From an uncultured Ruficoccus sp. (GTDB lineage Bacteria; Verrucomicrobiota; Verrucomicrobiia; Opitutales; Cerasicoccaceae): a DNA stretch of 64,000 nucleotides. Below the pieces are notes generated by a model, which made no database searches, was not told the DNA's origin, and worked only from the letters and a program-made list of their open reading frames with translations. The stretch spans positions 96,001-160,000 of the forward strand of contig OZ223514.1 of NCBI GenBank assembly GCA_965140785.1. Reading direction: 5' to 3'. Positions 8,898-23,376 of the stretch are shown piece by piece (position 1 is the first letter of the stretch; each line of letters opens with the position of its first letter). Made by a program: the position numbers and the translations under genes.

Positions 8898-10470
8898 GGA
8901 CACTGTAGCTTACCCGGCCAATCCGCCAGCCCTGCTGGCGGTCACCGCTGACTCGATGCAGCCAACGTCATTTGTCCCGGTCGCCCGGGTAGGTCGTGTC
9001 GCGTTCAGCCTCCTGGTCCTGGTCGCGTTGGGCGACTGGCTACTGTGGGAGCAGGCTGTGGGGCTCTCATCGGGCTTGTATGCGCTGCTCCTGGCGGCGG
9101 GTATTTTGCTCAACCGCTCGGGCATGACCTGGCATTGGAGGCACGGGCTCCAGGTCGGCCTGCTCGCGCTGGCCGCTATCCAGACTGCCCTCCGCCCGAG
9201 CCTGAGTAACGCTCTGGTCTCGTGGACACTCCTGCTGGTCATCGCCGGGGACACAGCGCTGCCCGCTCTGCGCCCGGTCTGGCTGCGCTGGGGGCGGGCG
9301 GCGTTTTCCGCCCTTGGGTTCTTCGTGAGTTGGGCCGTGTTTGTACGCAGCCTTGCTTGGTGGACGAAACAGCAGCCGGGCGGAGCTGGCCGGCGCCTGG
9401 CCCGGCTCTGGAGTGTGATCTGGCTGGCCGTGCTGATGATGCTGGGGTTCGGGACGCTCCTCATTTCGGGAAACGTGATCCTGCACGGTGTATTCAAAAG
9501 ATTATACAAAAATTACATTCATGTGCTTTGGGACATCTCTTTACCACACCCGGCTCACATCGTTTTTTGGGGCATACTGGCTACGGTCGCCCTGGTGTTG
9601 CTGATGCCGCGCGTGGGAAGGTGGAGCGGCGAGCGCTGCCGCCGCGAGGTGCCGACCTTTGCGGTGACGGATCCGACGCTGGCCCGCTGGCGTTCGCTCC
9701 TCGCTCTGGGCGCGGTCAACGTCCTGTTCTTCTTCGCCAATTCCCTGGACGTGCTCTACCTGTGGGCAGAGCGTGAACTGCCGGAAGGGGTGGGCTATGC
9801 GGGCTATGTTCACCGAGGGGTATGGAGCCTGATTCTGGTTGTTCTACTTTCTGCCTTGGTGCTGACGCTGATCTTTCAGCAGGATGCCTCTGTCTCGGGC
9901 TCTCGTTGGCTCAAGGGCCTGGCCCTGCTCTGGATCGGGCAGAACCTGTTTCTCGAGCTGGGGGTGGTGATGCGGCTGACGCTCTATATAAATGCCCACG
10001 CCTACCTCACCCCGAAGCGCGTGTATGTCATGGTTTTTCTGAGTCTGGTCGCGGTCGGCTATGGCCTGCTCGTTCGCCATATTCTTTGGCGACGCAGTTT
10101 TAAACAACTGCTGCTGGGCAACGCGTTGGCGGTCTTCGGACTTTTCTATCTCTTACAGTTCATCAATGTCCCGCGCCTGGTGGCGGACTATGACTACCAG
10201 ATGTGGCTAAAAAACCCCCGGTACAACATTATGCAGAAGGATCTTTACGCCGTGCTCGGCTCCGAGATGGCGCCGCTGGCGGTGCGCGTCGCCGAGAGCG
10301 GGCTGGATGTCCCGGCGGTTTTGGACGCGCGGGAGCAGTTGCGTTTCGGGGAATGGCGCGGAATATACGGCAAAAGGTGGAGCCCCTGGGGGCCCTGGCA
10401 GTCCTGGACCTTGCGCCGGGCGCAGTTGTACCAGCTTCTCAAGGTTTACGCGGCGGAGAATTTGGATTGA
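8890..10470 (+). CDS. DUF4153/DUF4173-like polytopic membrane protein
   Basis: Many TM helices; motifs YAGYVHRGVWSL and RLTLYINAHAYLTPKRVY typical of this family. Confidence 0.75.
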   Translation: MDKDTVAYPANPPALLAVTADSMQPTSFVPVARVGRVAFSLLVLVALGDWLLWEQAVGLSSGLYALLLAAGILLNRSGMTWHWRHGLQVGLLALAAIQTALRPSLSNALVSWTLLLVIAGDTALPALRPVWLRWGRAAFSALGFFVSWAVFVRSLAWWTKQQPGGAGRRLARLWSVIWLAVLMMLGFGTLLISGNVILHGVFKRLYKNYIHVLWDISLPHPAHIVFWGILATVALVLLMPRVGRWSGERCRREVPTFAVTDPTLARWRSLLALGAVNVLFFFANSLDVLYLWAERELPEGVGYAGYVHRGVWSLILVVLLSALVLTLIFQQDASVSGSRWLKGLALLWIGQNLFLELGVVMRLTLYINAHAYLTPKRVYVMVFLSLVAVGYGLLVRHILWRRSFKQLLLGNALAVFGLFYLLQFINVPRLVADYDYQMWLKNPRYNIMQKDLYAVLGSEMAPLAVRVAESGLDVPAVLDAREQLRFGEWRGIYGKRWSPWGPWQSWTLRRAQLYQLLKVYAAENLD

Positions 10471-10493
10471 GCCAAGACCAAGGACGCTTCATC

Positions 10494-11145
10494 ATGTCGC
10501 CTATGTCCCACCCCATCCACCAGGCCCTGCGAGAGGTGCGCGAGCTACGGCAGCGCATCCTGGAGAAGCAGCGCTTCAAGGGCTACTCCGGGCGTGCCCG
10601 TGCGCTGGGCGGATGCGTCGCACTGCTGATGGCGCTCGCGCTGTCCGGGGGCGTCGTGCCAGCGACCGAACGTGTTCAACTGCTGGGGTGGGGGATCGTG
10701 CTGCTGGTCGCCCTCGCCCTGAACTTCGGGGCGCTCGTTTACTGGTTTTTATACGACCCGGAGGTGGAGCGCGACTGGCGGCGGCTCAAGCCCGTGCTGG
10801 AGATGTTGCCCGTGCTGATCGCCGGGGGGCGTGCTCACCGTGGCACTCGTGCGCGAGGACCAGCTCGACCTTTTATTCGGCCTGTGGATGATGCTCTACG
10901 GACTGGCTAATTTTACCTCCCGCCGAGTCCTGCCGCGCAACATCGCCTGGGTCGGTGCCTACTACCTGGCCGCTGGTACTGTTTGCCTGCTGGTGCCCGG
11001 CGTGGGCTTCGACCATCCGCTCGTCATGGGTGGGGTGTTTTTCATGGGCGAATGGTTCGGCGGGCTCGTCCTGCACTTCGACGAACGCGCCTCCGTCTGG
11101 GCCTTTTTCGGCCTGCCTAATCCCTTTCCCCGTCACGATGGCTAA
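10494..11145 (+). CDS. Hypothetical membrane protein (frameshift at G-run ~10824-10829)
   Basis: ORFs 10203-10910 and 10831-11145 join across gccggggggc into one multi-TM protein. Confidence 0.7.
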
Positions 11146-11509
11146 ATCATCCAACCCGATAGATAACCTCGCCCGCAGCATGCATGAGCCCAAGCGGCTC
11201 GCCATCCTGTCAACGGTGGCCGCCGAGCCCGAGGGCGTCAGCTTCGGCGAGCTCAAGGACTCGTGCGATCTGACCGACGGCAACCTCAACCGCCACCTCA
11301 AGGTGCTGGAAGAGGAAAAAATCGTGCGCCTGAAAAAAATTACCGGCGACGGACGTGCCCGCACATTGGTGATCATGACCGCCGCCGGGCGGAAAAAATT
11401 TCTCGCCTACCTCGACTCGCTGGAGGCCGCTCTCCGGCAGGCCGCACAGTCCGTGGGCCGCCCCGTGCGTGACCCGGAGGCACCCGGCCTCGCGCCGACG
11501 CACGCGTAA
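11138..11509 (+). CDS. Winged-helix transcriptional regulator (HTH_34 / ArsR-MarR-like)
   Basis: HEPKRLAILS...SFGELK..CDLTDGNLNRHLKVLEE...T.AGRKKFLAYL. Confidence 0.85.
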   Translation: MAKSSNPIDNLARSMHEPKRLAILSTVAAEPEGVSFGELKDSCDLTDGNLNRHLKVLEEEKIVRLKKITGDGRARTLVIMTAAGRKKFLAYLDSLEAALRQAAQSVGRPVRDPEAPGLAPTHA

Positions 11510-11553
11510 GCATCGGGCAGGGGATTATGCAGGCGCGCCGCGCTTCGCGCCGC

Positions 11554-12003
11554 TCACCCCTCGAAGCCGTACTCGTCGAGCATGTCGGAGACGAGGTCTT
11601 TGAGCGGGGGCTTGTTAGCCAGCGAGGGGAGGCTCTCCACACTGCAGCACAGGTAGCCGAGCATGGTCTTGAAGGCGCCGGTGCGCTGATTCTGTTCCAG
11701 CCAGTCGTAAAAATACTCCATCGCCTCCAGCCACTCCGCCAGGCCGTAGGGCGAGTCGTTGACCTGGTCGGCCAGCAGCACGAAACCATTCGGCTCATCG
11801 GGGTTTTCCTTGGCGTGCTCGTCCAGTGCCTCGATGATCATGGCGAACTGGCGCGGGCTCTCGCAGGCTTCCGCCAACTGGCTGAACGAACGCTCGCTCA
11901 GGCGGGCTTCGTCCTGTAGGGTGCGGCCCTCGGAGAGGGCGTCGAGCCACATCATATAGGGGTGGCCGGTGGCTTTGGCGCGGGTTTGGGCGAGGTTTTT
12001 CAT
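11554..12003 (-). CDS. Hypothetical protein
   Basis: 149 aa from ATG 12003 with host-like codon usage. Confidence 0.65.
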   Translation of the reverse strand: MKNLAQTRAKATGHPYMMWLDALSEGRTLQDEARLSERSFSQLAEACESPRQFAMIIEALDEHAKENPDEPNGFVLLADQVNDSPYGLAEWLEAMEYFYDWLEQNQRTGAFKTMLGYLCCSVESLPSLANKPPLKDLVSDMLDEYGFEG

Positions 12004-12086
12004 GCGATCATCGGGAGCGGCGGCTTGCCGCGTCGGGCTTGTTCTGTTCTTATTCCAAGCTTCTACCAGAACGCTACGACTTCTCA

Positions 12087-12117
12087 CTCAACTTTCAAAC
12101 CTTCAAACTCTCAATCT
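12087..12117 (+). repeat. Short ~8-bp tandem repeat (ttcaaacN), copy 1
   Basis: ctcaact-ttcaaacc-ttcaaact-ctcaatct; shares 19 bp exactly with the reverse complement of 22565-22583. Confidence 0.6.
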
Positions 12118-12122
12118 TTTTT

Positions 12123-12599
12123 ATGATCCAGCCCGGCGAAAAACTCGACACGAACCTTTCCCTTAAGGCCGTCATCGACGGTGAAAAAACCGACTGCACG
12201 CTGGCCGACCTGCTCAAGCGCCGGACGGTCCTCTCCATCTACATGCGCAACAACACGCCCGGCTGCGACCTGCAGACGCACGCTTTGGCCGCCGCTGCCG
12301 GGGATTTCGATAAACTCGGCTGGGACATCATCGCCGTGAGCAAGGACACCTGCGGCTCGCACCAGAAGTACGCGCAAAAACAGGGCATCGGCTTCACCCT
12401 CGTATCCGATCCTGAATACAAGATCGCCGGTACCGCCGACGCGGTGGTGGAGAAATCCATGTACGGGCGCAAGTACCTGGGCCCTGCCCGCTGCGCCATC
12501 CTCGTCGAGCCCGACGGCACGGTGCTTGGTGTGATCGAAAAGATCGACACCCAGGCACACGCAGAGGAACTGAAGGAACTGATCGCTAAGATCGGCTGA
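12123..12599 (+). CDS. bcp: Peroxiredoxin, BCP/PrxQ family
   Basis: NTPGC active site, LVSDP, EKSMYGRKYLGPAR. Confidence 0.8.
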   Translation: MIQPGEKLDTNLSLKAVIDGEKTDCTLADLLKRRTVLSIYMRNNTPGCDLQTHALAAAAGDFDKLGWDIIAVSKDTCGSHQKYAQKQGIGFTLVSDPEYKIAGTADAVVEKSMYGRKYLGPARCAILVEPDGTVLGVIEKIDTQAHAEELKELIAKIG

Positions 12600-12673
12600 A
12601 AACTCAGGACCTCCGGCTTTTTTTGCCTGTCCCTTCCTGTTAAATAAGCCTGACAGCACGGCATCCCCCCGCT

Positions 12674-13685
12674 ATGTCCATGCGCATGATCTTGCGTGTC
12701 CTGGTTGTCGGTGTGTGCCTGTTGACCTCCTTTGCCTGTGCGCAGCCGTACGGGCCGCGCACCTTTGAAGGGGAGGGGATGACGGCGCTTGTTACGGCCT
12801 TTGACACGGAGGTCGAGGCGGTATTGAGTCACCTGCGGAATTCTCCGGAGGCCGGACTGGGCGAGGAGTTCGTCTTCCGGGGCGTGCGCTATCGGCTCGG
12901 TACGTACCGGGGCGAGCCGATCGTGGTTTTCGCCACCGGCATCAGCATCACCAATGCCGCCATGACTACGCAGATGGCGCTCGATTACTTCCCGATCAAG
13001 CGCCCTGCTCTTCATGGGTATCTCCGGGGGGATCAATCCGCAGTGGAAGCCGGGGGACGTGGTCGTGCCGGAGGTTTGGTATTACCACGATGAAAATCTC
13101 TACGCGAACCCCGATCCGAATAACCCAGGCGGGCACATCCTGCCGCCGCATCAGATGGAGTTTTATGCCGGGCTGGCGGAGCGTGCGGAGGCCGACCCGC
13201 TGGTGCCCCGCTATGAAAATTACGGCATGGTCTATCCGCGCGAGGTAGCTATTGTCAAAGACGGGCGGCAGGCACCGACCCGCATGCCTTATTTCAAGGT
13301 TAGCCCGGAGCTATATTCCGCAGCCCAGGAAGCGGTGGCTGCGATGACGCCGCCGAAACTCGGTGAGCGGACAGTCCAGATGCAGGTCGGTGGGCGCGGG
13401 GTCACAGGGTCGGTCTTTCTCGACAACCGCGACTACCGGGAATGGGTGTGGGAAGTCTATCAGGCCGAAATTACCGATATGGAGTCCGCCGCGATCGGGC
13501 AGGTCTGCACCGTAAATGATGTGGACTGGCTCGTTATCCGTGCGGTCAGCGACCTGGCGGGCGGCCAGCACAGGGAAAACGAACTGGACATCTACAGCGT
13601 TCCGGCCTCGCGTTTTGGCACGCAACTGCTGTTCGCCGTGCTGGACCAGTTTGCCGAGCAACGCGCCGGTGCTGTGACAGATTAG
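12674..13685 (+). CDS. MTA/SAH nucleosidase (PNP_UDP_1) family protein with signal peptide (frameshift ~13003)
   Basis: TGISITNAAM, GISGGINP..KPGDVVV, DMESAAIGQV, IRAVSDLAG across two overlapping ORFs. Confidence 0.8.
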
Positions 13686-13930
13686 GACGCGTCGTAATCG
13701 AGCAGGAACTTAGCTACGAAGACCGAGCGACCGTGCTCGGCGATGCTCCAGCGCATCAGCTCGTCCAGCGTCTTCATGACGAGATCATGCTCGCCGACGA
13801 TGACCGTTGAGGTGCCGCCGGTGATACACTTGAGCCCTTCGCGTTCACTGAGCTTTTTGATGAAGCTCTTGATCTGCGGCTTCCAGTTTTCGTTGAGCGG
13901 GTACAGGCTGAGTTCGATGCTGGTGGTCAT
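13682..13930 (-). CDS. YkoF/thiamine-binding-like small protein
   Basis: 82 aa, IELSLYPL...TSTVIVGE pattern. Confidence 0.7.
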   Translation of the reverse strand: MTTSIELSLYPLNENWKPQIKSFIKKLSEREGLKCITGGTSTVIVGEHDLVMKTLDELMRWSIAEHGRSVFVAKFLLDYDAS

Positions 13931-14017
13931 GGCGTGTCGTGGATATTTGGATACACAGATAGATGGTGCTTTGAGCGAAGGTTCTGCCGGGCCTGCCCGG
14001 GGTCGAAGGCCGGACGC

Positions 14018-16718
<2,701 letters not shown>

Positions 16719-16834
16719 CGGATGGTTTGGAAGGGTGGTCCGTTTCGCCGGGCGGAGGGAAACGCCCGGGTGGCGAAAGGACGACGGTGTTGAAAATGAA
16801 AAATCGTGTCGGTCCGGTCTGTCTAGGACGCGGT

Positions 16835-17923
<1,089 letters not shown>

Positions 17924-17936
17924 GGTTAAATTTTCA

Positions 17937-17962
17937 CATCAAGATATCCGGATGGATTGATG
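17937..17962 (-). promoter_or_regulatory. Putative methionine-regulon operator (SahR/Met-box-like)
   Basis: catcaagatatccggatggattgatg: outer palindrome catcaa/ttgatg and ATCAAG-ATAT-CCGGAT core, just upstream of the metH start. Confidence 0.5.
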
Positions 17963-18045
17963 CGTTACAACTCTAAATTGAACTTTTTCTCCGGGTGTCA
18001 AGTGGACTTGAAGTGTGTCCGGTATGTCCTCATGTTCAAGGGCGG

Positions 18046-19725
18046 ATGCGTAAGAAGCTGATCATCACCGTTGTCATCGTGGCCGTGCTCATTGGCGGGG
18101 TCTGGGCGTTGGTGGGGTGGTTCAACCGCTCGCAGCAGACGGATCTGCTCCAGCGGGCCCGGTCGGATTACGAGGCGGGGCACCGCGACTGGATGGTGGA
18201 CCACCTGAACGAGGCGCTGGCCCTGGACCCGGACGACCTGGAGGCGCTTCAGGCTCAGGCCGAGCTGTTGGATAAGATTGAAGACCCGGCCTGTGTGGGC
18301 GTTTACCGGCGCCTGAGCGAACTCCAACCGGAAAATTTCGAGGCCCTGAGTGCCTGGCTGGGCGCATTGGTGCGCTACGATCGGACGGCTGACGCCGTCA
18401 GTGCCTACGAGCGGGTCGCCACCTCGGGCAGTCCGCTGGCCGGGACGGCGGCGTTCTCGCGATTGGGGGCGAACTTGGCGCAGGCGGCGGGAGATGCGGA
18501 GACGAACCTGCGTTACCTGCGCGAGGCCTACGCGCGCGATCCGCAGAACGGGGAAACCGCCTTCGATCTGTCGGTCGCCGAGGTCCGGGTGCTTCCGGTG
18601 GAGGAACTCGGGCCCACCATGAAACGCCTGGAAGGGCTGCTCAGCGACCCGGAAGTCCGCAACCAGGCGGCGATGCTCCTGCTGGAAATGCAGAGCAAGC
18701 TTGGTGACGATGAGGCGCTGATGGCGACCGCGGAGCGCATTTGGGAGGCGGGCTACGACGATGTTAATTTTCGCCTCTTTGCGCTGGAGGCGTATTACCG
18801 GTTGGACCGTGAATTGTTCGATCAGCGCCTGGCCCTGCTGCTGGAGCAGGAACAACGCGACAATCAGGATCTGACCAAGGTTTTTGACTGGCTCCTGGCG
18901 CATGAGGAGTACGACACGATTATCAAAACGGCCAACGCCGAGGGCATGCAGATGAGCAACCTCCTGCGCCCGCCGGTGGCCAACCGTGTGGCCGAGGCCA
19001 TGGTTCTCTCCGACCAGCTCAAGGCCTTGCGTGCCTACAACGCGAAGGTGGACTGGACCGGTGCGGAGGGCTTCGCCTCGCTTTTGCCGCCGCTGGCCCG
19101 GACCCTGGACCGCGAAGAAGCCCGCACCGCGCCCAACCCGGCCTTCACCCGCTGGCTCGGGTCGGCCACCTTGCCGCAGTTGCGGGAGGTTCTGCCGGTG
19201 ACGCAGCGGCTGGACTTCGAGCGCGAGCGGGCCGCCATCCTGCAGGAAATTATCCGCGACGAGCCTTGGGACCGCGACGCCTATGTGCAGCTCTACGCCC
19301 TGCGCGAGGCCAATCGTGATTCCCTCGGCATGCTCAAGCTCCTGCAGGAGTCACGCATTAATTTTCCGCAGGACCGTGCGATCCGGGACGAGTTCGCCTG
19401 GGTCGCCATGGTGCTCAACGTGGACCGCCGTGATGCCGAGCAGTTGGCGTTAAAAAATTACAGCTATGACCCGACGGACCCCCAGTACCGCGTGACCTGG
19501 GCGCTGGCCCAGTGCCTCCAGGGCGAACCGGCCAAGGCACTGGAACTGCTGGAGCCGATGGAAGGGCTTTCGCTGCGCGGGCAACTGGTCAAAGCGCTGG
19601 CCTACCGGCTGCTAGGCCAGATGGATGCCGCCACAGAAGTCCTCGACGGGATCGAGATGGACGAATTGCTGCCGGAGGAGCGGCGGCTCGTTTTGGAGTC
19701 GCGCCCGCTGCCTCGGGACGAGTAA
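18046..19725 (+). CDS. Membrane-anchored TPR-like repeat protein
   Basis: N-terminal TM helix, helical repeats such as LNEALALDPDDLEAL. Confidence 0.75.
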   Translation: MRKKLIITVVIVAVLIGGVWALVGWFNRSQQTDLLQRARSDYEAGHRDWMVDHLNEALALDPDDLEALQAQAELLDKIEDPACVGVYRRLSELQPENFEALSAWLGALVRYDRTADAVSAYERVATSGSPLAGTAAFSRLGANLAQAAGDAETNLRYLREAYARDPQNGETAFDLSVAEVRVLPVEELGPTMKRLEGLLSDPEVRNQAAMLLLEMQSKLGDDEALMATAERIWEAGYDDVNFRLFALEAYYRLDRELFDQRLALLLEQEQRDNQDLTKVFDWLLAHEEYDTIIKTANAEGMQMSNLLRPPVANRVAEAMVLSDQLKALRAYNAKVDWTGAEGFASLLPPLARTLDREEARTAPNPAFTRWLGSATLPQLREVLPVTQRLDFERERAAILQEIIRDEPWDRDAYVQLYALREANRDSLGMLKLLQESRINFPQDRAIRDEFAWVAMVLNVDRRDAEQLALKNYSYDPTDPQYRVTWALAQCLQGEPAKALELLEPMEGLSLRGQLVKALAYRLLGQMDAATEVLDGIEMDELLPEERRLVLESRPLPRDE

Positions 19726-19736
19726 TCTCTCCGCTT

Positions 19737-20410
19737 ATGTCGAGTGCTTTGGAGGAGTTGAAACCGCGCCTGCCCGCCGTCCCCGAGGCGGCTTGGGAAA
19801 AACTGGCCCAGTGGGCCGAACTGATGCGGGAATGGAACGAGCGGGTCAACCTCGTCTCGCGCAAGGACATCGACCAGCTTGAGCGCCACCACCTCGCGCC
19901 CTGCCTGGCCATCACCGGGGAGCTGAAGCTCATGAACGGCGCCCGCGTGATCGATGTCGGCACCGGCGGCGGCTTGCCGGGACTGCCCATGGCCATCTGT
20001 TACCCGCAGGCGCGCTTCACGCTGGTGGACTCGGTCGGCAAAAAAATCCGCGTGGTCGAGGACATCACGAAGCGCCTGAACCTGAAAAACGTGGAAGTGC
20101 GCAACTGCCGGGTCGAGACCCTCAAGAGCCCGTTTGATTTTGTTACGGGCCGGGCGGTAGCGGACTTGACCGCCTTCATCAACTGGGTCCGTCCTCTCTG
20201 CCGCAAGGGCAAGGCCCACTCCCTGCCCAACGGTTTGCTCTACTGGCGCGGGGAGATGTGGAGGCCGAGGCCGCCGCGCTCAAGTCGAAGCTCGCCCGCA
20301 CCGTCTCGCTGGAAGAGCGCCTGGGCGACCCGTATTTCGAAAACAAATACATCCTGCACTTCCGCGCCGAGGACCTGCGCAGCGAACCGGGTTGCACCCG
20401 GGGGCAGTGA
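19737..20410 (+). CDS. rsmG: 16S rRNA m7G527 methyltransferase (frameshift at G-run ~20250)
   Basis: WNERVNLVSR, IDVGTGGGLPG, LVDSVGKK, VTGRAV. Confidence 0.9.
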
Positions 20411-20651
20411 GGGGCTTGGCCCCTACGCCGCCAAAAGGCGGCTACCCCGGAAAAGTGTGTTTCTGCGATTTCTCAACATCGGTAACGACATCTGTTTCAG
20501 GTAGCGGCTACTGTTCCGGATCTTCTATTAGTAGCGGTTCTCTTGTTCTCAAAGTAGGTACGGTGGCATCGTGGGGCAGGAGCCTTTCCTGGCTCCGATG
20601 GGGAGGGCCCCATTTCGGTGCGAAGCACCGAGGGTGCAGGGCATGCCCTGC

Positions 20652-22401
20652 TTAAGCCTTTCCGCCTTGCCCGGCGAGGAGGTGGGCGAAGAAGCCGTCG
20701 AGCTTCGAGAGTTCGTCGAAGGACCCGCATTCCTGGATCACGCCTTTGTGCAGGACGACGATGCGGTCGGCGTCCTTGACCGTGCTCAGGCGGTGGGCGA
20801 TGGTGATGACCGTGCGGCCTTGGGCCAGGTTGGCCAGGGCGGCCTGGACCTGCCGCTCGCTTTCGTAGTCGAGGGCGGAGGTGGCCTCGTCGAGGATGAG
20901 GATGCGTGGGTTGCGCAGCAGAGCGCGGGCGATGGCGATGCGCTGGCGCTGACCGCCGGAGAGACTGACTCCGCGCTCGCCGACCTTGGTCTTGTAGCCC
21001 TCGTCAAGCTGCTCGATAAACTCGTGGGCGTAGGCGAGGCGGGCTGCCTCGCGGACTTCCTCCTCGGTCGCATTGGGACGACCGAAGCGGATGTTGTCGT
21101 AATGGAGCCCGAGAGCAGCAGGCTGTCCTGCATGACGATGGCGCAGCTGCGGCGGAACTCGGGCATGGCGATCCGCGACTGGGGCATCCCCGTCGATGCA
21201 GATGCGCCCCTCGCGCGGGGCGTACACCCCGAGGATCAGGCTGACGATCGTGCTCTTGCCCGAGCCGGAGGGCCCGACGAAGGCACGTGCTCGCCGGATT
21301 TGATCGTCAGGTTGAAATGCTTGAGCACGTCCGGCTTGTCCTGTTCGTAGGTGAAGCTCACGTCCTCGAACGCGATCTCCCCGCGCATGTGCTTAAAAGT
21401 GTAATCGCCGTTCCACTTCTCGACGTAGCCGCTGTCGAGCAGTTCGCGGATGCTGCGGTAGCTCTCCTGGCCCAGATAGTACTGCTGGCTGAAGGCCGTG
21501 ATCTGGTTGATCGGGCGCAGGATGATCGGCAGCGCCGCCTGGAAGGCGACCAGCGTGCCGATGGTGGCATGCCCGCTGATAACGAGGATCGCGCTCATGA
21601 CGATGACCGTGACCGAGAGCACTTCAGTGGAGACGAAGCTGAAGGTGCCGAAATTCTGATTGAGCAGGATCTGGCGTTCGCGCCCCTCGCGGAAGCCCTC
21701 GCTGTGCGTGTCCATGTGATTATGCACGGTCTGCTCCTCGCCCAGGCTGCGGACCAGGCGCAGGGCGGAGATGTATTCGCTGGCCGCGCCGGTCAACTGC
21801 TCGCGGGCCAGACGCACGCTGCGGTTGGTCTGCATGATGCGCTTCATGAAGATCCAGCGGATGACGAAGATGATCGGCACCACACAGACGATGACGCCCG
21901 AGAGCAGCGGATTAATAAAGGCGAGGATGATGGCCAGCGAGCCGGCGGTAAACCAGCTCAGGCATGATCTGGTGGATCATTGGGATGAGCACCCCTTCGA
22001 CCTGCTGGGTATCAAAGGCGTACTTGGACAACAGCCGCCCGGTCTTTGTCCGGTCGAGAAACCCGAAGTGCATGAACTGGAGCTTGTGGAAGATGCGCGC
22101 CCGCAGGTCCAGCACCATGCGCGGGATGCGTTTGGAAACGACCTTGTTACCGGCCTGAGCGATGACGGCGTGCAGCGCGATCAGGCACAGGATGACGCCC
22201 CCCAGTTGCAGGACCACGCTGATTTCCTTATTGGCCAGCGCGTGGTCGATGATGGCTTGGTCACCATCGGGATCGGCGCGATGGCGAGCGAGCGCACCAT
22301 CGTCAATACGAGCAATCCGCCGAGGCGCTGGCGTTCGCTCCAGATGAATTCGATCAGGCGGGTTCTTTTCGGCCCTGTGGGGCATTGGCATGTGCATTCA
22401 T
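20652..22401 (-). CDS. ABC transporter fused permease/ATPase exporter (multiple frameshifts; start approximate)
   Basis: TM domain fragments, Walker A GPSGSGKST in a shifted frame, LSGGQRQRIAIARA, ILDEATSALD, IAHRLST. Confidence 0.85.
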
Positions 22402-22555
22402 TGTCGGCGGGTCCTGAAACCGCCCGTCGGAGCCGTGGCGAGGGAGCGCTGGCGCTGGGTTTATGCTTGTGACCAGGCGCCCTGGAACGGGCTTCGACCC
22501 TCCTTTACTCTTTTAAAATGTTCCTGCCCGCCTGTCCATGGCAAGCCTTTCTGGG

Positions 22556-22591
22556 AGTTTGAACGTTTGAAGGTTTGAAAGTTTGAGAGTT
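22556..22591 (-). repeat. Short 8-bp tandem repeat (ttcaaacN), copy 2
   Basis: agtttgaa-cgtttgaa-ggtttgaa-agtttgag-agtt on the plus strand. Confidence 0.65.
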
Positions 22592-22714
22592 ACACACGGT
22601 TGCCCAATCAGGCAGACTGATCGGAGTCATTCGAAAAAGTGAAAAAGCCCGCGCCCGGTATGCCCGGCCAAGAAACGCATTGCCGGGAAGGGGAGGGGTG
22701 CACACTGTCGGGGC

Positions 22715-23260
22715 ATGACCCATCATGAACGCCTTGAGCATTATCTGAACCAGGAACCGCAGATCGACGAGACGGCCTTCGTGCACCCGAGCTCGGTCGT
22801 CATGGGCGCGGTTACGATGGCTCCCACGAGCAGCGTCTGGCCCTGCGTCGTGCTGCGCGGGGACATCAACTCGATCGAGATCGGTGAAGGCAGCAACGTT
22901 CAGGACGGGTCGGTCGTGCACCTGGCCGACGACTTCGGGGTAAAAATCGGCAAGTACGTCACCATCGGCCATATGGCCATGATCCACGCTTGCACGATCG
23001 AGGACGAGTGCCTGATCGGGATGCACGCGACCATCCTCGACGGGGCCGTCATCGGTGCGCGCTCCATCGTCGGGGCCGGGGCGCTGGTGACGAAGAACAC
23101 CCACGTCCCGCCCGGTTCGCTCGTGCTCGGCTCGCCCGCCAAGGTGGTCAAATCCCTCCCCGAAGACCAGCAGGCCGGTATCCGCCACTGGGCCGAAAAA
23201 TACGTCGAAGTGGCCGCCTTCCATAAGGCCAAGCTCTTGCGCGAGCAGGCCGGGCAGTAG
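22715..23260 (+). CDS. Gamma carbonic anhydrase family protein
   Basis: LRGDINSIEIG, NVQDGSVVH, TIGHMAMIHAC, hexapeptide repeats. Confidence 0.92.
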   Translation: MTHHERLEHYLNQEPQIDETAFVHPSSVVMGAVTMAPTSSVWPCVVLRGDINSIEIGEGSNVQDGSVVHLADDFGVKIGKYVTIGHMAMIHACTIEDECLIGMHATILDGAVIGARSIVGAGALVTKNTHVPPGSLVLGSPAKVVKSLPEDQQAGIRHWAEKYVEVAAFHKAKLLREQAGQ

Positions 23261-23376
23261 TTTTTTTTCGGACTTTTCCAGCGCTGTGGCGATGCGCGGC
23301 ATAGAGAAGGTAGGCTTAATGCTGGTCCAGCCGGACCTGCCGCGGGTGCGGGCTGTGTAAGCCCGAAAACAAAAAT

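Noticed and set aside
16719..16834. Split of metH into two genes as a novelty or error
   Set aside because: Clean stop, intergenic spacer and new start at a domain boundary; split MetH is known in several phyla.
17924..18045. SAM or cobalamin riboswitch upstream of metH
   Set aside because: Region is short and AT-rich and shows none of the consensus elements.
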